Both the position numbers and the translations under genes were made by a program. A stretch of DNA of 64,000 nt from Geosiphon pyriformis uo1 (taxonomy: Eukaryota > Fungi > Glomeromycota): positions 188,984-252,983 of the forward strand of contig JAAOMT010000074.1 in the NCBI GenBank assembly GCA_016748015.1. Direction: 5' to 3'. The notes under the pieces were generated by a model. The model saw only the letters and a program-made list of their open reading frames with translations. It did no database searches and was not told the DNA's origin. Positions 12,842 through 24,702 of this stretch are shown in pieces; within the stretch, counting starts at the first letter, position 1; each line of letters opens with the position of its first letter.

Positions 12842-13240
12842 ATGCCAGAATGTGCGCATGATATAGATGCAGGGTTTGATCTGAGATATTCAAGAAAAGA
12901 TGCCATCAAATTGGAACCACATTCACGCACCTGTATTGATCTGAAAATAGCACTAGAAATTCCGGCAACAACAATAGTTCAATTAGCATTTAGGAGTAGT
13001 TTAGCAAAAAGAGGGATCAATATAAGAGGAGGAATAATTGACGCGGGATATGTAGGAAATATTATTGCCATGTTACAAAATAACTCAGAAAAAACCTATA
13101 TAATAGAGCCCAATGAAATGATAACACAGGCAATATTTCTGCCTTTGGTTAGAATAGCTCAGTTAGTGTCAGTAGAAAAGAGGAAGGAATTAAGAATAAC
13201 AGCAAAAAAAATACAAGAATTTGGATCAACAGGTAGAATA
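12842..13240 (+). pseudogene. dUTPase domain of element A
   Basis: All five trimeric dUTPase motifs in order: DAGFDL, RSSLA, GIIDAGYVGNI, ITQAI (IAQ in other copies), KKIQEFGSTG (RGIQGFGS in copy D). Confidence 0.93.
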
Positions 13241-13892
13241 GATGTACCAGTTAATATGACAGAGAAAGAAATTGTTGGCCAAGGAGAAATTATCTCAACC
13301 GGTTAAGCTATTTTTATTCCACCATATAGCCAGTACATGCTAGCAATAGGAAGGAAAGAAAAGAAGCAAGGACAAATTTTTGAAGCTGAAGCAAACCTTT
13401 GTAAATCAAGAGAGATTGGGTTGATCAATCTTCACATACCAACCAAAAGCTATAGCAGCATAAAAATTCCCATCTACAACAATTTCAATGACATCTTTGC
13501 CAGTGAAAATAAGTTTGGCCAAACTGACATTATCCAGCATCAAATCAAGACTGGTGATACAATGCCAATCAAACAAAGAGCATACAGAGTGCTGCCAGCC
13601 AGCCACGAGATTATTCATCAAGAGATAAACAGAATGCTTGACAATGGGCTAATTCAACCATCAATGAGCCCATGGTCGTTACCAGTGGTACTTGTTTGTA
13701 AGAAGAATAGAAAAATCTGGTTTTGTGTAGACTACAGGAAACTAAATGGTGTAATTTATGGAGACAGTTATCTAACTTCATGAATACAAGAATTATTCAA
13801 TGCTTTCGGTGGGAACAAATGGTTTTCAACATTAGATTTGGACAGTGAATACTGGCAAGTAGCCATAAATCCAGTTGACAAAGAGAAGATGG

Positions 13893-14893
13893 TGTTACTA
13901 GAGGTTTTTGGTCTCTTTTCTTAAATGTTGTTGATGCTTGTTTGCTGTAAATTCACGTTTTCTGAATGTGGTTGAACCTCCAGTAACTGAATTTATCTTT
14001 AAATTATCTCCTATAATTTGAACTTGCTGGGCTTATGAGTGGAATGGCCAATTCCGTACCAGTTGCTTTATGTAGTTACATTGTAGTAAATGTCAACTCT
14101 TTCCCAAGAATTGCTTGTCTGGAAGCTCACTAAAAATGTGTAGTTACTTTGCTGTGAAAGTCAACTTTTCTACAGGAATCTCGTCTGTAGACTACCCTAA
14201 TGATTGTAATAAGAAAATAAAAGAAAATAAAAGAAAATAAAAGAAAATAAAAGAAATGTAAAAGAAATAGAATTTTGTCAAGGGAAACGTTTTCTATCTA
14301 GGCCTGGAGTCACTAACAGTTTACTGAAATTGGTAGCTAATCAATTTCAAAATGTTAGTTGGGTTTTGGGGATTTTCCAAGTACAATAATTAAAGAATTT
14401 GGTTTTTTGAATTATTTGATATTTATTTCTTTTTGTGTGTATAAGAATGGTTTTTTAAGAGATAAATCTAAAGTAAGATACATTTTCTCGAAGAGAGAAG
14501 CTTTTCTTTTATACAACTTGTCGTAACACTATTCTATGAACTTGAACTTTGCTATTTTCTAAAATTTTGCTGAACTAAAGATACATTTCGGCAAATTACA
14601 AGTTATTTCGGTGAACTATTAGATATTTTGGTAAACTATCAATTATTTCGGCAAATTTCTACAAATTTTGGCGAATTTTTGAATGTTACATAGTTTGGGG
14701 TATTGCATGATTGATCATTGCAATTAGGTTACATTTGTGTTGTGTACAATTTGGGTTATTAATTAAATGATAATTTCAGACATTTTTGCTAATGTAATAA
14801 GTGATCATTTGAAATGATAATATATGCTAATTAATGATAAGAATTATAAGATAATTTCATGCTAAATAATATCTCTAATTTCGTCTGGTAACA
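13893..14893 (-). mobile_element. Solo LTR of family B inserted in the RT of element A
   Basis: TGTTAC...GTAACA with TSD ATGG (13889-13892, 14894-14897). The reverse complement matches the LTR at 56104-56982, and the RT reading DKEK|MAFTT resumes on the far side. Confidence 0.96.
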
Positions 14894-15892
14894 ATGGCAT
14901 TTACTACTAGAGAAGGGAATTTTGAATTTGAAGTGATGCCATTCAGCTTAACCAATGCCCCAGCAACTTTCCAATGGCTAATGAAAATTGTTTATACTGG
15001 CTTATTGTGGAAATCAGTAGTTGTATACTTGGACAACACCAATGTATTCTCAAAAACGTTTGATGATCATTTTCATCATTTTCAACAAGTGTTCGAAAGA
15101 TTAAGAAGAGCAGGACTAAAGTTAAATGCAACAAAATGCTTCTTCGGCAAGACAAAACTAAAATTCTTGGAACACATAGTCAGCAAAGACGACATCAAAA
15201 CGGATCTGGAGAAAATAGAGATAGTAAAGAACTTTCCAGTGCTAACCAATATGACAGAACTGAAATCATTCTTGGGATTCACCAGCTACTATCAACGTTT
15301 TATCAAGAACTTTTCCAAGATAGTGCAGCCATTCAACCAAATGCAAAACAAAGATACAAAATATGAATGGACCAAAAGTCAACAAAAAGCTTTTGATATT
15401 CTAAAAAGAAAGCTTATACAAGCTCCAGTATTGATCTATCCAGATCACAGCAAACCATTCATCATTACTACAAATACATCTGACCAGGCATTAGGAGCAG
15501 TACTATCTTAGAGAGGACCAGACGGCAGAGAACATCCAGTGGCATATGCCAGCAGAGGTTTAACACTGGCTGAAAAGAACTATGAAACACTGGAAAAAGA
15601 ACACTTAGCAATATATTGGTCAGTCATGAAATGGAAAGAATACTTGAGCCAGAAGTTTGAGGTGTACACAAATCACAAAGAATTAACATCACTTCAAAAA
15701 CAAGAATTTGGAGATAAAAAACAGTCAAGATAGAAAATGGCACTCACACTATATAAATACACTATATATTATAAAAAAGGAAAAGACAATGGAAATGCGG
15801 ATGGTTTATCACAAATGAGACAAATCTAAGAATATTTCAACCCAAAAATATAACAAAACCAGAACAATACCAACGGAAAAATACAACAAAAA

Positions 15893-17275
15893 ATGAACAT
15901 ACAAAAATATTAACAATTGCAATATTATATAAACACTCAACAATTCAAGAAGAATTTATCTCAAACAGAACGAAAGAGTATCAAACAACAATCAAAATAT
16001 TTTATCACTTACCAAAATATACTTTATTGGAAAAATAGAAGAGATCCAGATCAATCACCCAGAGTAATTATGGAGCCAGAAAAAGAGACAATATTATTCA
16101 ACATGCACTCAAATCCAACAGCAGGACATTTTCACAAAGAAGCAACCATGGAAAGAACCAGAAAGAGATACTATTGGCCATCAATGTACCCAGACATCAT
16201 TCAATATGTTCAAAATTGTGATGCTTGTCAGCAAAGAGGAGGAACAAGACCCAGTAAACCATTAAGACCAATCAAAGTGAGACAACCATTTGACCATATT
16301 GGAATTGATTTAGTTGGACCATTAACAATCACCAGCAAAGAAAACAGATACATAGTGGTAGCTATGGACTATCTCACTAAATGGCCAGAGGCAAAAGCAA
16401 TTCAAAAAGTGGATGCAGAATCCATTGCCAAATTCGTTCATCAGGATTTGATTTGTCAACATGGATGTCTAAAAGAATTATTATCAGACCAAAGAACTCA
16501 TTTTGTGAACAAAATATTAACAGAATTGAGCCAAAGATTCAGAATCAAGAAACCATTATCATCATTATACCATCCACAAACCAACAGATTAGTAGAAAGA
16601 TTCAATAGAATACTGTGTGAAGCAATAGCTAAGCTCAGCCAAGAAAACCAGAATGATTGGGATTTGTTCATACCATTAATACTATTTGCTTATCGGACAA
16701 TGAAACAAGATACTACACAAGCAACACCATTTGAATTAGTATATGGAAGAACAGCAACATTACCAGTAGAGAGAAAAATTAATACATATCCAGTTAAACC
16801 AATAACAGAAGAAAATTTTCAAGAAACATTGCTGAGAAAAACATATGACTTAATGGAAACATTGGAAAACAAATGAAGAAGAGCAGCTGATAATATTCAA
16901 AAGTCACAAGAAAAACAGAAAAAAAGACATAATAGTCAACTGCCAAACAAACCAGTTGAATCCAAGATTGGAGACAAAGTATTACTACATCATACCAAAG
17001 TGGAAAAACAATGGAATGAAAAATTTGACCTCAAATGGGATAGACCATTTCACATAGAAAAAATTCTAGGAAATGGAGCTTACAAATTAAGATTGGATAA
17101 CAAAATTTTAATCAAAACAGTACATGGAGATTGACTGAAGTCATATCGCGACATTATACTATCATCTACCAGTAATATTCCACAATTAGGAGTACAGAGA
17201 ATACTAGTCTGACCAGATGAGATTTCATGAGATCTAGAACCAATCGTTATTATCAACAACAACACGTTAAATTGA
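15893..17275 (+). pseudogene. Element A integrase (HHCC-DDE-GPF), a separate ATG-initiated ORF
   Basis: MHSNPTAGH..CDAC, GIDLVGP, SDQ, LVERFN, KW..PF and AYKL. No chromodomain. 460 codons with a few decay stops. Confidence 0.9.
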
Positions 17276-17299
17276 TCAATCAAAAGAATATATAAAGAC

Positions 17300-17956
17300 A
17301 TGATAGACATGACAGGAAATATCAGAAAAATGGAAATTACAGACAACATTCACACACTATCACAACAACTCTTTCAATTAATCCAACACCAGGAAATGGA
17401 GATTACAATCAATCAACAAACCATTTGATATCAAGATATTAGAAAGACATTACAACTCAGAACACCGAAGAAAACTGAAAATACAGTAGACAAAATTATA
17501 GCAAAAGTAAAATTAGCAATAAAAGAATCGACAAAAGAGTTACTATATCAAGAGTTGACTAAAGAAACTTGGAATTAGTGGATACAACAATTTCTACAAA
17601 ACTATTGTTATTTTTACTTGGGACAACACGTAAATATCCAGAATCTATATATGGATAAAACAAAGTGATTATTTGACAAAAGAATACTACAACAATTAGA
17701 ACATTTTGTGAGAAAGAACAACTTATCCACACAAGCCCAAGTCATATACCGAATACACACAGTATTTCAGGATAAACCAGAAATATTGCTCAATAAAGCA
17801 ATGGAGGTTACCAATAATCAATTGGGAAAAATCACCAATGCTCAATTTGAAAAATTACAGACCCAAATAACACAAGTAATTCTCGAAAACAAAATCCAGG
17901 AAATACTTCAAGAGGAGGAATTATATGAATTGGATTTCGACGGAGCTCAATATTAA
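17300..17956 (+). pseudogene. Element A ORF3, unknown ~218-aa protein between integrase and PPT
   Basis: ATG at 17300 is in frame with the ..ELDFDGAQY* end; collinear with 53826-54485 and 34448-35107. Confidence 0.75.
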
Positions 17957-17966
17957 AAGAAAGAAA
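17955..17966 (+). promoter_or_regulatory. Polypurine tract of element A
   Basis: AAAAGAAAGAAA just upstream of the 3' LTR; AAAAGGAGGAAA at 54484-54495 in copy D. Confidence 0.75.
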
Positions 17967-17969
17967 TAA

Positions 17970-18813
17970 TGTTACTCATAGAAATATAGGAAATATATTA
18001 GCATAATTATTAGCCAATCAGAAGTAAGCATAGTAAATGTGGAATTCCAGGATTCCTTTCAGGAATTGCAGGATTCCAGGAATTTTAGGATTCCCCGACA
18101 AGGAATTGCAAAATTCCAGAATTCCAGAATTCCTCTCAAAGGAATTGCAGGATTCCAAGAATTCCAGGATTCTTGTTGTGAAGAATCGAGGAATTGAGGA
18201 ATCCCAATTATGTATATATAATGGTAGTATTAGAAACAGAAAAGACAGAATCTATACCATAGAATTTTTAGCCAAGAAATAAAAATCATCAAATAAAATA
18301 ATTATTCCATATTCCAATTCACTCTCCACTATTAACACTTCATGTTGATAGTAATCGATACTTAACTACACTGGAACAATAGCTCTTGATCACGGCTATT
18401 GATGGAATACTAATCTGCCACACCGCCTGGAATTATTTCTTTTCTTTCTTTATTTTATTTTCTTTTGTTGTTTACTAATTGAATAAAAGAATTAAGCGCT
18501 GAGTTATTAACGTTAAGGATAGCCTGGTAAAAGACCCAGAAATAAGGGTAGAATTTTATATATTATCAGATAGCTTACCAGAAGGGCACAACTGCCAGAC
18601 TAAATCTGGCCACCACGCTGAGAAAGAAATTGGGACAACTCTTGGAAAGATACATTTGCTATCAACACTATTGAATTTCTGTCCATTATACAAAAAACTC
18701 CATTAAAACTTTCAGATACCACACCTTCAGAACATCATCAACAGAAGTAGCTTTTGAGCACCAAGTTACGGGTTTGTTATTTAATCCAACAGCAGAAATA
18801 ATCACCTGTAACA
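17970..18813 (+). repeat. 3' LTR of element A
   Basis: TGTTAC...GTAACA, direct repeat of 7900-8763. Confidence 0.97.
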
Positions 18814-21746
18814 ATGCCAACTGAGAGCCTGAAGATCATGAGACCTGTGAGAAAACAAACAACCCAAAATACCAACTGAATTTGCAAAAGCCAAAACAGC
18901 AGCTGATTTACTCTTAGCTTGGATCTGTTCAAAAGTTTTAAAATTGTACAAAGAAGAATGATAAACTGCGTCATTAGGAAAGTTGAGTGGCAGCCCAGAC
19001 TTAGACTTTAAGCACCTGCGAACCATAGAGTCCCACTTATTACACACACCAATAGAAACAAAGCTGAACTGAGTTCTGTAGTTGATAATAGGCAGAAAAA
19101 CTGCAGAAACCAAATATGCAAATTGTTTGTCTGAGATCGCTTTCCTCAGAACAAGATTAACAAAGAACTGAATGTTCAAGTGAGCTTTAGCCAGACTAGG
19201 CATCAAAAGACCTTCAGAAAACAAAAAAATACCCAGATATTGATAAGGTTCACCCTTTTTGGCAATAGAAATAGGTGAGCCATTAATAGTCAAAGAAGGA
19301 TTCACAATCCGGCTGTTGATAGGAATGGCTACAGTTTTGTCATTATTAATTAAAATGTCATTAATCCTAAAAAATTTACCAGCAACATTGAGGATGTGCT
19401 GCATAGCAGCCCGGCTACCACCAACCCAAATAGTATTATTAACAAAAACACTAGCAGCAAAAAATGATGTCAGCTTGGCCTGAGGCTCCACCTGGCCAGT
19501 TCTGGAAATAAAATGAGAGTTCAACCTATAATCACACACATTTTCCTGTCATTTGACTTCACACAAGAGCAAATCATAAAATATGTGCAAAAGAAGTGGT
19601 GAAAAAACCTCCCCTTGGTCCAGACCATCGTAAACATGGTAACCATTAGTTAAGCTGAAATCTGTCATCACTCTGTTGGTGCGACCATTGTAAATGTTGC
19701 CAAAAAATCTAATAAACTTGTCACACATCTTGATCCTAACCAAACTTCTTCTGAGATGCACCCAGCCAACAAAATCATACACTTTTTGCATATCCTGCAA
19801 AACCAGCCACAGTTCTTGGCCTTTTTCCAATGTATCTTCCACCACAAAACCAATGGCAAAAATGGGCAATTACATTGTCACACCCTTTAACACAGAGAAA
19901 TTGTCCCCATACAGAACATCAAACCTGCTGCAGGCCGAAAAAATTCTGTCTAAGAGAATCTTGGAAAGAATCTTGTGGGCCGTTTCAATTAACGCAATAG
20001 GACGGGTATTCATGAAAATGCCCTTCCATTCATATGGTTTAGGAATCATTAACACCCAAGCTTCCTTCCAAGGTCCAGGAACAGATTCATGTACCAAACA
20101 AAAATTCAGCAATAACAAAAGCATATCCAAAACCTTTCTATCACAGTGTTTTCACAATTCATTGGAGATACCAGAAAGACCAGCCACCTTACCATCGGGC
20201 AAATTAGAGACAACTGTAAGCAACTCATCAAAACCAATCGAACACATTACTTCAGAGAAGGCATCATCAAAGACATAGTCCAAAGGCTGAAATTGGCACA
20301 CTCAGGTATCAGAAATATTCGGTATCACTGCATGCTTCCTAGTCCAACTTTCCATGATCTCATCGACCTTAGATTTAACCAAATCTGGCTCTAGAACCAA
20401 CTTTTCACCTACGACTAAGTGATCCAGTACCACCTTACAGAAAGGACACTCCAGAACACTTTTGATGGTGCGTCTCTTGTCCACTTCAAAACTCTTTATC
20501 CTCCTCTCAATAGCCTGCCTAATACAAGATTCCTCAGCATACTTAGACTCCATCATCTTCGAAGAGTGGTAAACTTTCCTTGCCTTAGCCAGTTTGGAGT
20601 GAATAGCATCAAAACCAGAACCCAAAAGAAATAGAAACTTTACTGGTGAGACGCCAACTGAGTCAAGTCTGTCCTATGTATCCAACAAAGAAGCAAAATT
20701 CCCACCAAAAACCAGACAAGAGGCCTTAACCAGCTTAGACACAAGCAGTTTCAGTCTATAAAACTTAGAAAAAACCTTATTGAAAACACTACTATAACCC
20801 TTGAACTATTTTTTCTTGAATGTCCCACCAGCTGAGAGAATCAATATTTTGCGAACAATGTTTCACATTGCATCCTTATCCGAAAACTTTGTAGCCGCAA
20901 CAAATGCATCTGAAAGCATAGAAGCATTAGCAGTTGTAGCATTCTTAAACTCCAATCACTTCTCTCCACTGGCATTTTTAATATTGAACTTCCAACAATC
21001 TTTATTGGCCTGTTTGTGTAGTAACAGCAGCTACACATTCAACAAACCACCTAGATCCACAGAAACAGAAACAGCCTTATGATCAGTATCAAAAAAATCC
21101 TCAACACCCACCACACTACGATCCACGATTGCGTTAATTAAACTAGAGAAAACCAACATATAATCAATCGTCTTGACAACACCACGAGAATTGCATCATG
21201 TCAGTGATTTCACAAAAGCACTTCCACTTAGAGAGTTGACCAGACCCAAATCAAAACACTTCCTAAAACTGGCACATTTATGAGACCCATCTTCATTGAA
21301 ATTACCACCAAAAATGACAAAAGGAGTCTTATTCACAGTTTTGGCAACAAGAAAATTGATGTCACTAGCCTAAGAAAACCAAACCACTGAAAATGCACCA
21401 GCATACAGCCCCAGAATAGACATAGAAAGTTTATTCCCAAAGAGCAGCCTTATTGACAACAGCCGACCAGGTACCTCTAAAATCTTGCACACATGCTTTG
21501 CCAAAGAAGAGTCTATAATTATTGCAACACCAGATCCCATGTGACCAGAATCCAGACCAGAAGTAAAAACACAAACACTATTGAACTTATTGGCAATCCA
21601 CGGATGAACCATGCCCCTTAACTTTGTCTCAGTAACAATAGAGACCAAATTGTTTATATCCTTATGCCATCGTACAATGTCTGTCTGCTTTGCACAATTG
21701 TTCATACCTCTGACATTACACGTGGCAATTTACCAAATTAAGTGAG

Positions 21747-23682
21747 TCATTGAGAAGACAGGGGAACTGACAAACCCAAACCAGAGCACAGAATATTTAA
21801 CTTATCCAAAACTGAACCAACTGAGGCCTCCAAAGCAATCAATTTTGTTTACAAACCACCCACTTTGGCAGTGAGGACTTTGGAACTACTAGAGCTAAGC
21901 TTAACAACAGCATTATGAATGACGGATGGAGGAGTACCAGACAAGACCAAAGCAGTATCCACAATCATATCAGAATCCACATCAGAAGTCAAAGCTTCAG
22001 AAACAGCAGAAAGAGAGCTCAGAGATGGGGTCACCACAGGAACCAAACCAATAGATTCCAGATGAACCAAAATGCCAGAAATGTGGTCAGTCAAAAGCTC
22101 CAAAGAGCATTCCAAAATTGCCAGCTGGTTACTCAAATGAAAAACGGTAGGAGAGTTAGTTGTCATTGAAGAAAAAACCAAACCAGAATGCAAATCAGCA
22201 CCAACCAAACCAAAGGAAACCACACGAAAAGAAAAGCCACCAACAACTTGGGTCCATGTTTTACCACTAAATGAGACTGGATGAGCAATAAGAGCTGACT
22301 TTTTTTTATATATCTCAGCCAGACAAATCTGATCTTGATCAGAAACCATCCTCTTCTCACAAATACCAGAATTCTTACCCAAGGGACAATTGACCATAAC
22401 ATGACTGAATTGTTTACAACAAGTGCAACTGGGCAAAGAAAGACTAGTCCAATGCAAACTTACACTCTTAAAAACTGGAATAGTACCAATAGCAGTCAAC
22501 TTGGATGTCTCATCACCAAAACAAATTACAGCACATCTATCACGAACATATGAATTAGGATTACAGCCAATAAAACAAGTCCTCCCACCATATGAATCCA
22601 ACAAACTAGAAAGATTATGGGCAGTGGTGCCAATTGGAAGCATATAAAGCAAAGTATGATGCCGATTCTTTAATACTTACGTTTGTTTATTACTGACTGC
22701 CAAAGCCACATGCACTGAATTTTTTCCCATAAAGACTGACCATTTGGATACAACCAGACTAGCTACTTCAGATAACTCAAATTCAACCAAAGCCTTTTGC
22801 CAAAGACCAATCAGCTGCATTTTGATTGAAACAATTCTGCCAAATTTAGAAAATGCCAAATCAACAGCCGATTTGGGAAGATCCACTGGAATTTCCTTGA
22901 CAATTACTTTCTGATCTGAATGGCTGTTTATTTTTCTTAGATCATCATTCACTAAAATCTTCTCACCAATTGCCATTTCTCTTGCCTTAATCAAACTTTT
23001 TTCAGATGTAAATAATGATCTTATTATTCCTGGAAATTTTGAGAGAGTCAAAGCTCCCCCAAATTTGATAAAAAATTTTTTTAACTGCCATCAACTTATC
23101 AACATTTATCTTCCCAGGCACTGCCGAAATCTCAATATCTAATGCGAAAGATTTTACTGGCTCGAAATTCCTTTTTTCCAGGGCATGTGATCTAATATGC
23201 AGCACCTAATTGGCACCATCAAATTTAGGAGAAGGAAGCTCCAGTGCATCGTCATCGTCACTCATACAGTCAAACAAAAGTCGCTTTGGTGGGTTGCCCA
23301 GCATGTACGTTTAAGTACGAGTCTTCCTCGGCGTATTTTCATCCATGCCATCGTTCCCACTTGATTCCGCATAGCTGGTTTCTTTGGCCACCATGTTCGC
23401 CATATTTTCGACATCTGAGAAACCACTGACACTATTAGCAATACTATCAACCTCACTGCCCCAGGATTCCACAGGCTTGGCACCAACACCACTAATATCC
23501 TCCAAGCTAAGTGATCCAGCAGACAAGTTGACCATATTACCAGTAGCAGGCTTCTTTGGTTTCTTGTAGGATGTACTCTGAGAGTAAACTGTATTCATGC
23601 ACTTCTTTTTCACACTCTGACGGGTCCCCAAACCAGCCAAAACCAAGCCAGAATTACCAGCAGAAGAGCCTACTGGTTTCAT
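21747..23682 (-). pseudogene. LINE-1 ORF1 (nucleic-acid-binding, CCHC knuckle)
   Basis: Starts MKPVGSS; RRM-like segment VIVKEIPVDL..FSKFGRIVSIKMQL..KALVEFE; knuckle CTCCKQFSHVMVNC. The stop overlaps the ORF2 ATG. Confidence 0.8.
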
Positions 23683-24094
23683 TGTGACAAATAAAAATAT
23701 AGTAGAAGAAATGACTTGATGAATGAAGGGTAAAGAAATAAAGTAAAGCAATTTTTCCTAAAAATTTTCTCACTCTCGCAGCGGCCAGAGGATTGACGAG
23801 AGAAAAAGTTTTTATAATTATTTATTAATGCTATTTCAAATGTATTAATTACAATTATAAATAATTTATCATAATTTAAATAAATTAAAATTGAGTTTTT
23901 AATAAACTTTTGTTTTAAATTATTAAATATTTTTTGTTTTATTTATAGATAATAATTTTTGTTTATATTTGATAAAATAATTAAATTTTTTAAATAAATT
24001 GATAATATTATTTAGTCAGTTTTAAAAAAATTTTAATTTTTAAATATTAAAAAGTTTTTAGTCTTAATTATTTTTTTTTTTTTTTTTTTTTTTT

Positions 24095-24702
24095 NNNNNN
24101 NNNNNNNNNNNNNNNNNNNNNNNNNNNNNNNNNNNNNNNNNNNNNNNNNNNNNNNNNNNNNNNNNNNNNNNNNNNNNNNNNNNNNNNNNNNNNNNNNNNN
24201 NNNNNNNNNNNNNNNNNNNNNNNNNNNNNNNNNNNNNNNNNNNNNNNNNNNNNNNNNNNNNNNNNNNNNNNNNNNNNNNNNNNNNNNNNNNNNNNNNNNN
24301 NNNNNNNNNNNNNNNNNNNNNNNNNNNNNNNNNNNNNNNNNNNNNNNNNNNNNNNNNNNNNNNNNNNNNNNNNNNNNNNNNNNNNNNNNNNNNNNNNNNN
24401 NNNNNNNNNNNNNNNNNNNNNNNNNNNNNNNNNNNNNNNNNNNNNNNNNNNNNNNNNNNNNNNNNNNNNNNNNNNNNNNNNNNNNNNNNNNNNNNNNNNN
24501 NNNNNNNNNNNNNNNNNNNNNNNNNNNNNNNNNNNNNNNNNNNNNNNNNNNNNNNNNNNNNNNNNNNNNNNNNNNNNNNNNNNNNNNNNNNNNNNNNNNN
24601 NNNNNNNNNNNNNNNNNNNNNNNNNNNNNNNNNNNNNNNNNNNNNNNNNNNNNNNNNNNNNNNNNNNNNNNNNNNNNNNNNNNNNNNNNNNNNNNNNNNN
24701 NN
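24095..24702. other. Assembly gap (608 N)
   Basis: Run of N; its size is roughly that of the missing 3' end of LINE-2. Confidence 0.99.

Larger units (their letters stand above)
8826..15829 (+). pseudogene. Element A gag-PR-(Cys-rich)-dUTPase-RT-RNase H polyprotein, disrupted
   Basis: Capsid MAYAPIAKLDNFTGEED (9807), knuckle CHYCGKQGHIQINC (10541-10582), protease LILDNSS (DSG in copy C), dUTPase motifs, RT VDYRKLN..MPFSLTNAPATFQ..VYLDN, RNase H ..NADGLSQMRQI*. Scattered stops, deletions and a solo-LTR insertion. Confidence 0.92.
7900..18813 (+). mobile_element. Ty3/Gypsy LTR retrotransposon, family A, copy A (dUTPase-bearing), full length but decayed
   Basis: Direct LTRs 7900-8763 and 17970-18813 with TG..CA ends; 4-bp TSD ATGC (7896-7899, 18814-18817); PBS and PPT; domain order gag-PR-dUT-RT-RH-INT. 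Confidence 0.97.
6141..21750 (-). pseudogene. LINE-1 ORF2 (APE endonuclease-RT-RNase H-CCHC), disrupted and split by the 7900-18813 insertion
   Basis: APE N-terminus (..ATCNVRGMNNCAKQ..VTETKL), RT motifs RPIALIE and GLDQGEVFSPLL, RNase H VYTDGS..STLTEL..FSDSQA, and C-terminal CLFCGNVEISNHVFSC (about 6636-6683). Multiple premature stops. Confidence 0.9.
6005..23824 (-). mobile_element. LINE copy 1 (non-LTR retrotransposon with RNase H), full length, interrupted by Gypsy element A
   Basis: Poly(A) tail (T-run at about 6005-6018), ORF1 and ORF2 remnants, and a candidate TSD TTAATGCTATTT at 5996-6007 and 23825-23836. The LINE sequence resumes across the ATGC duplication flanking element A. Confidence 0.9.
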
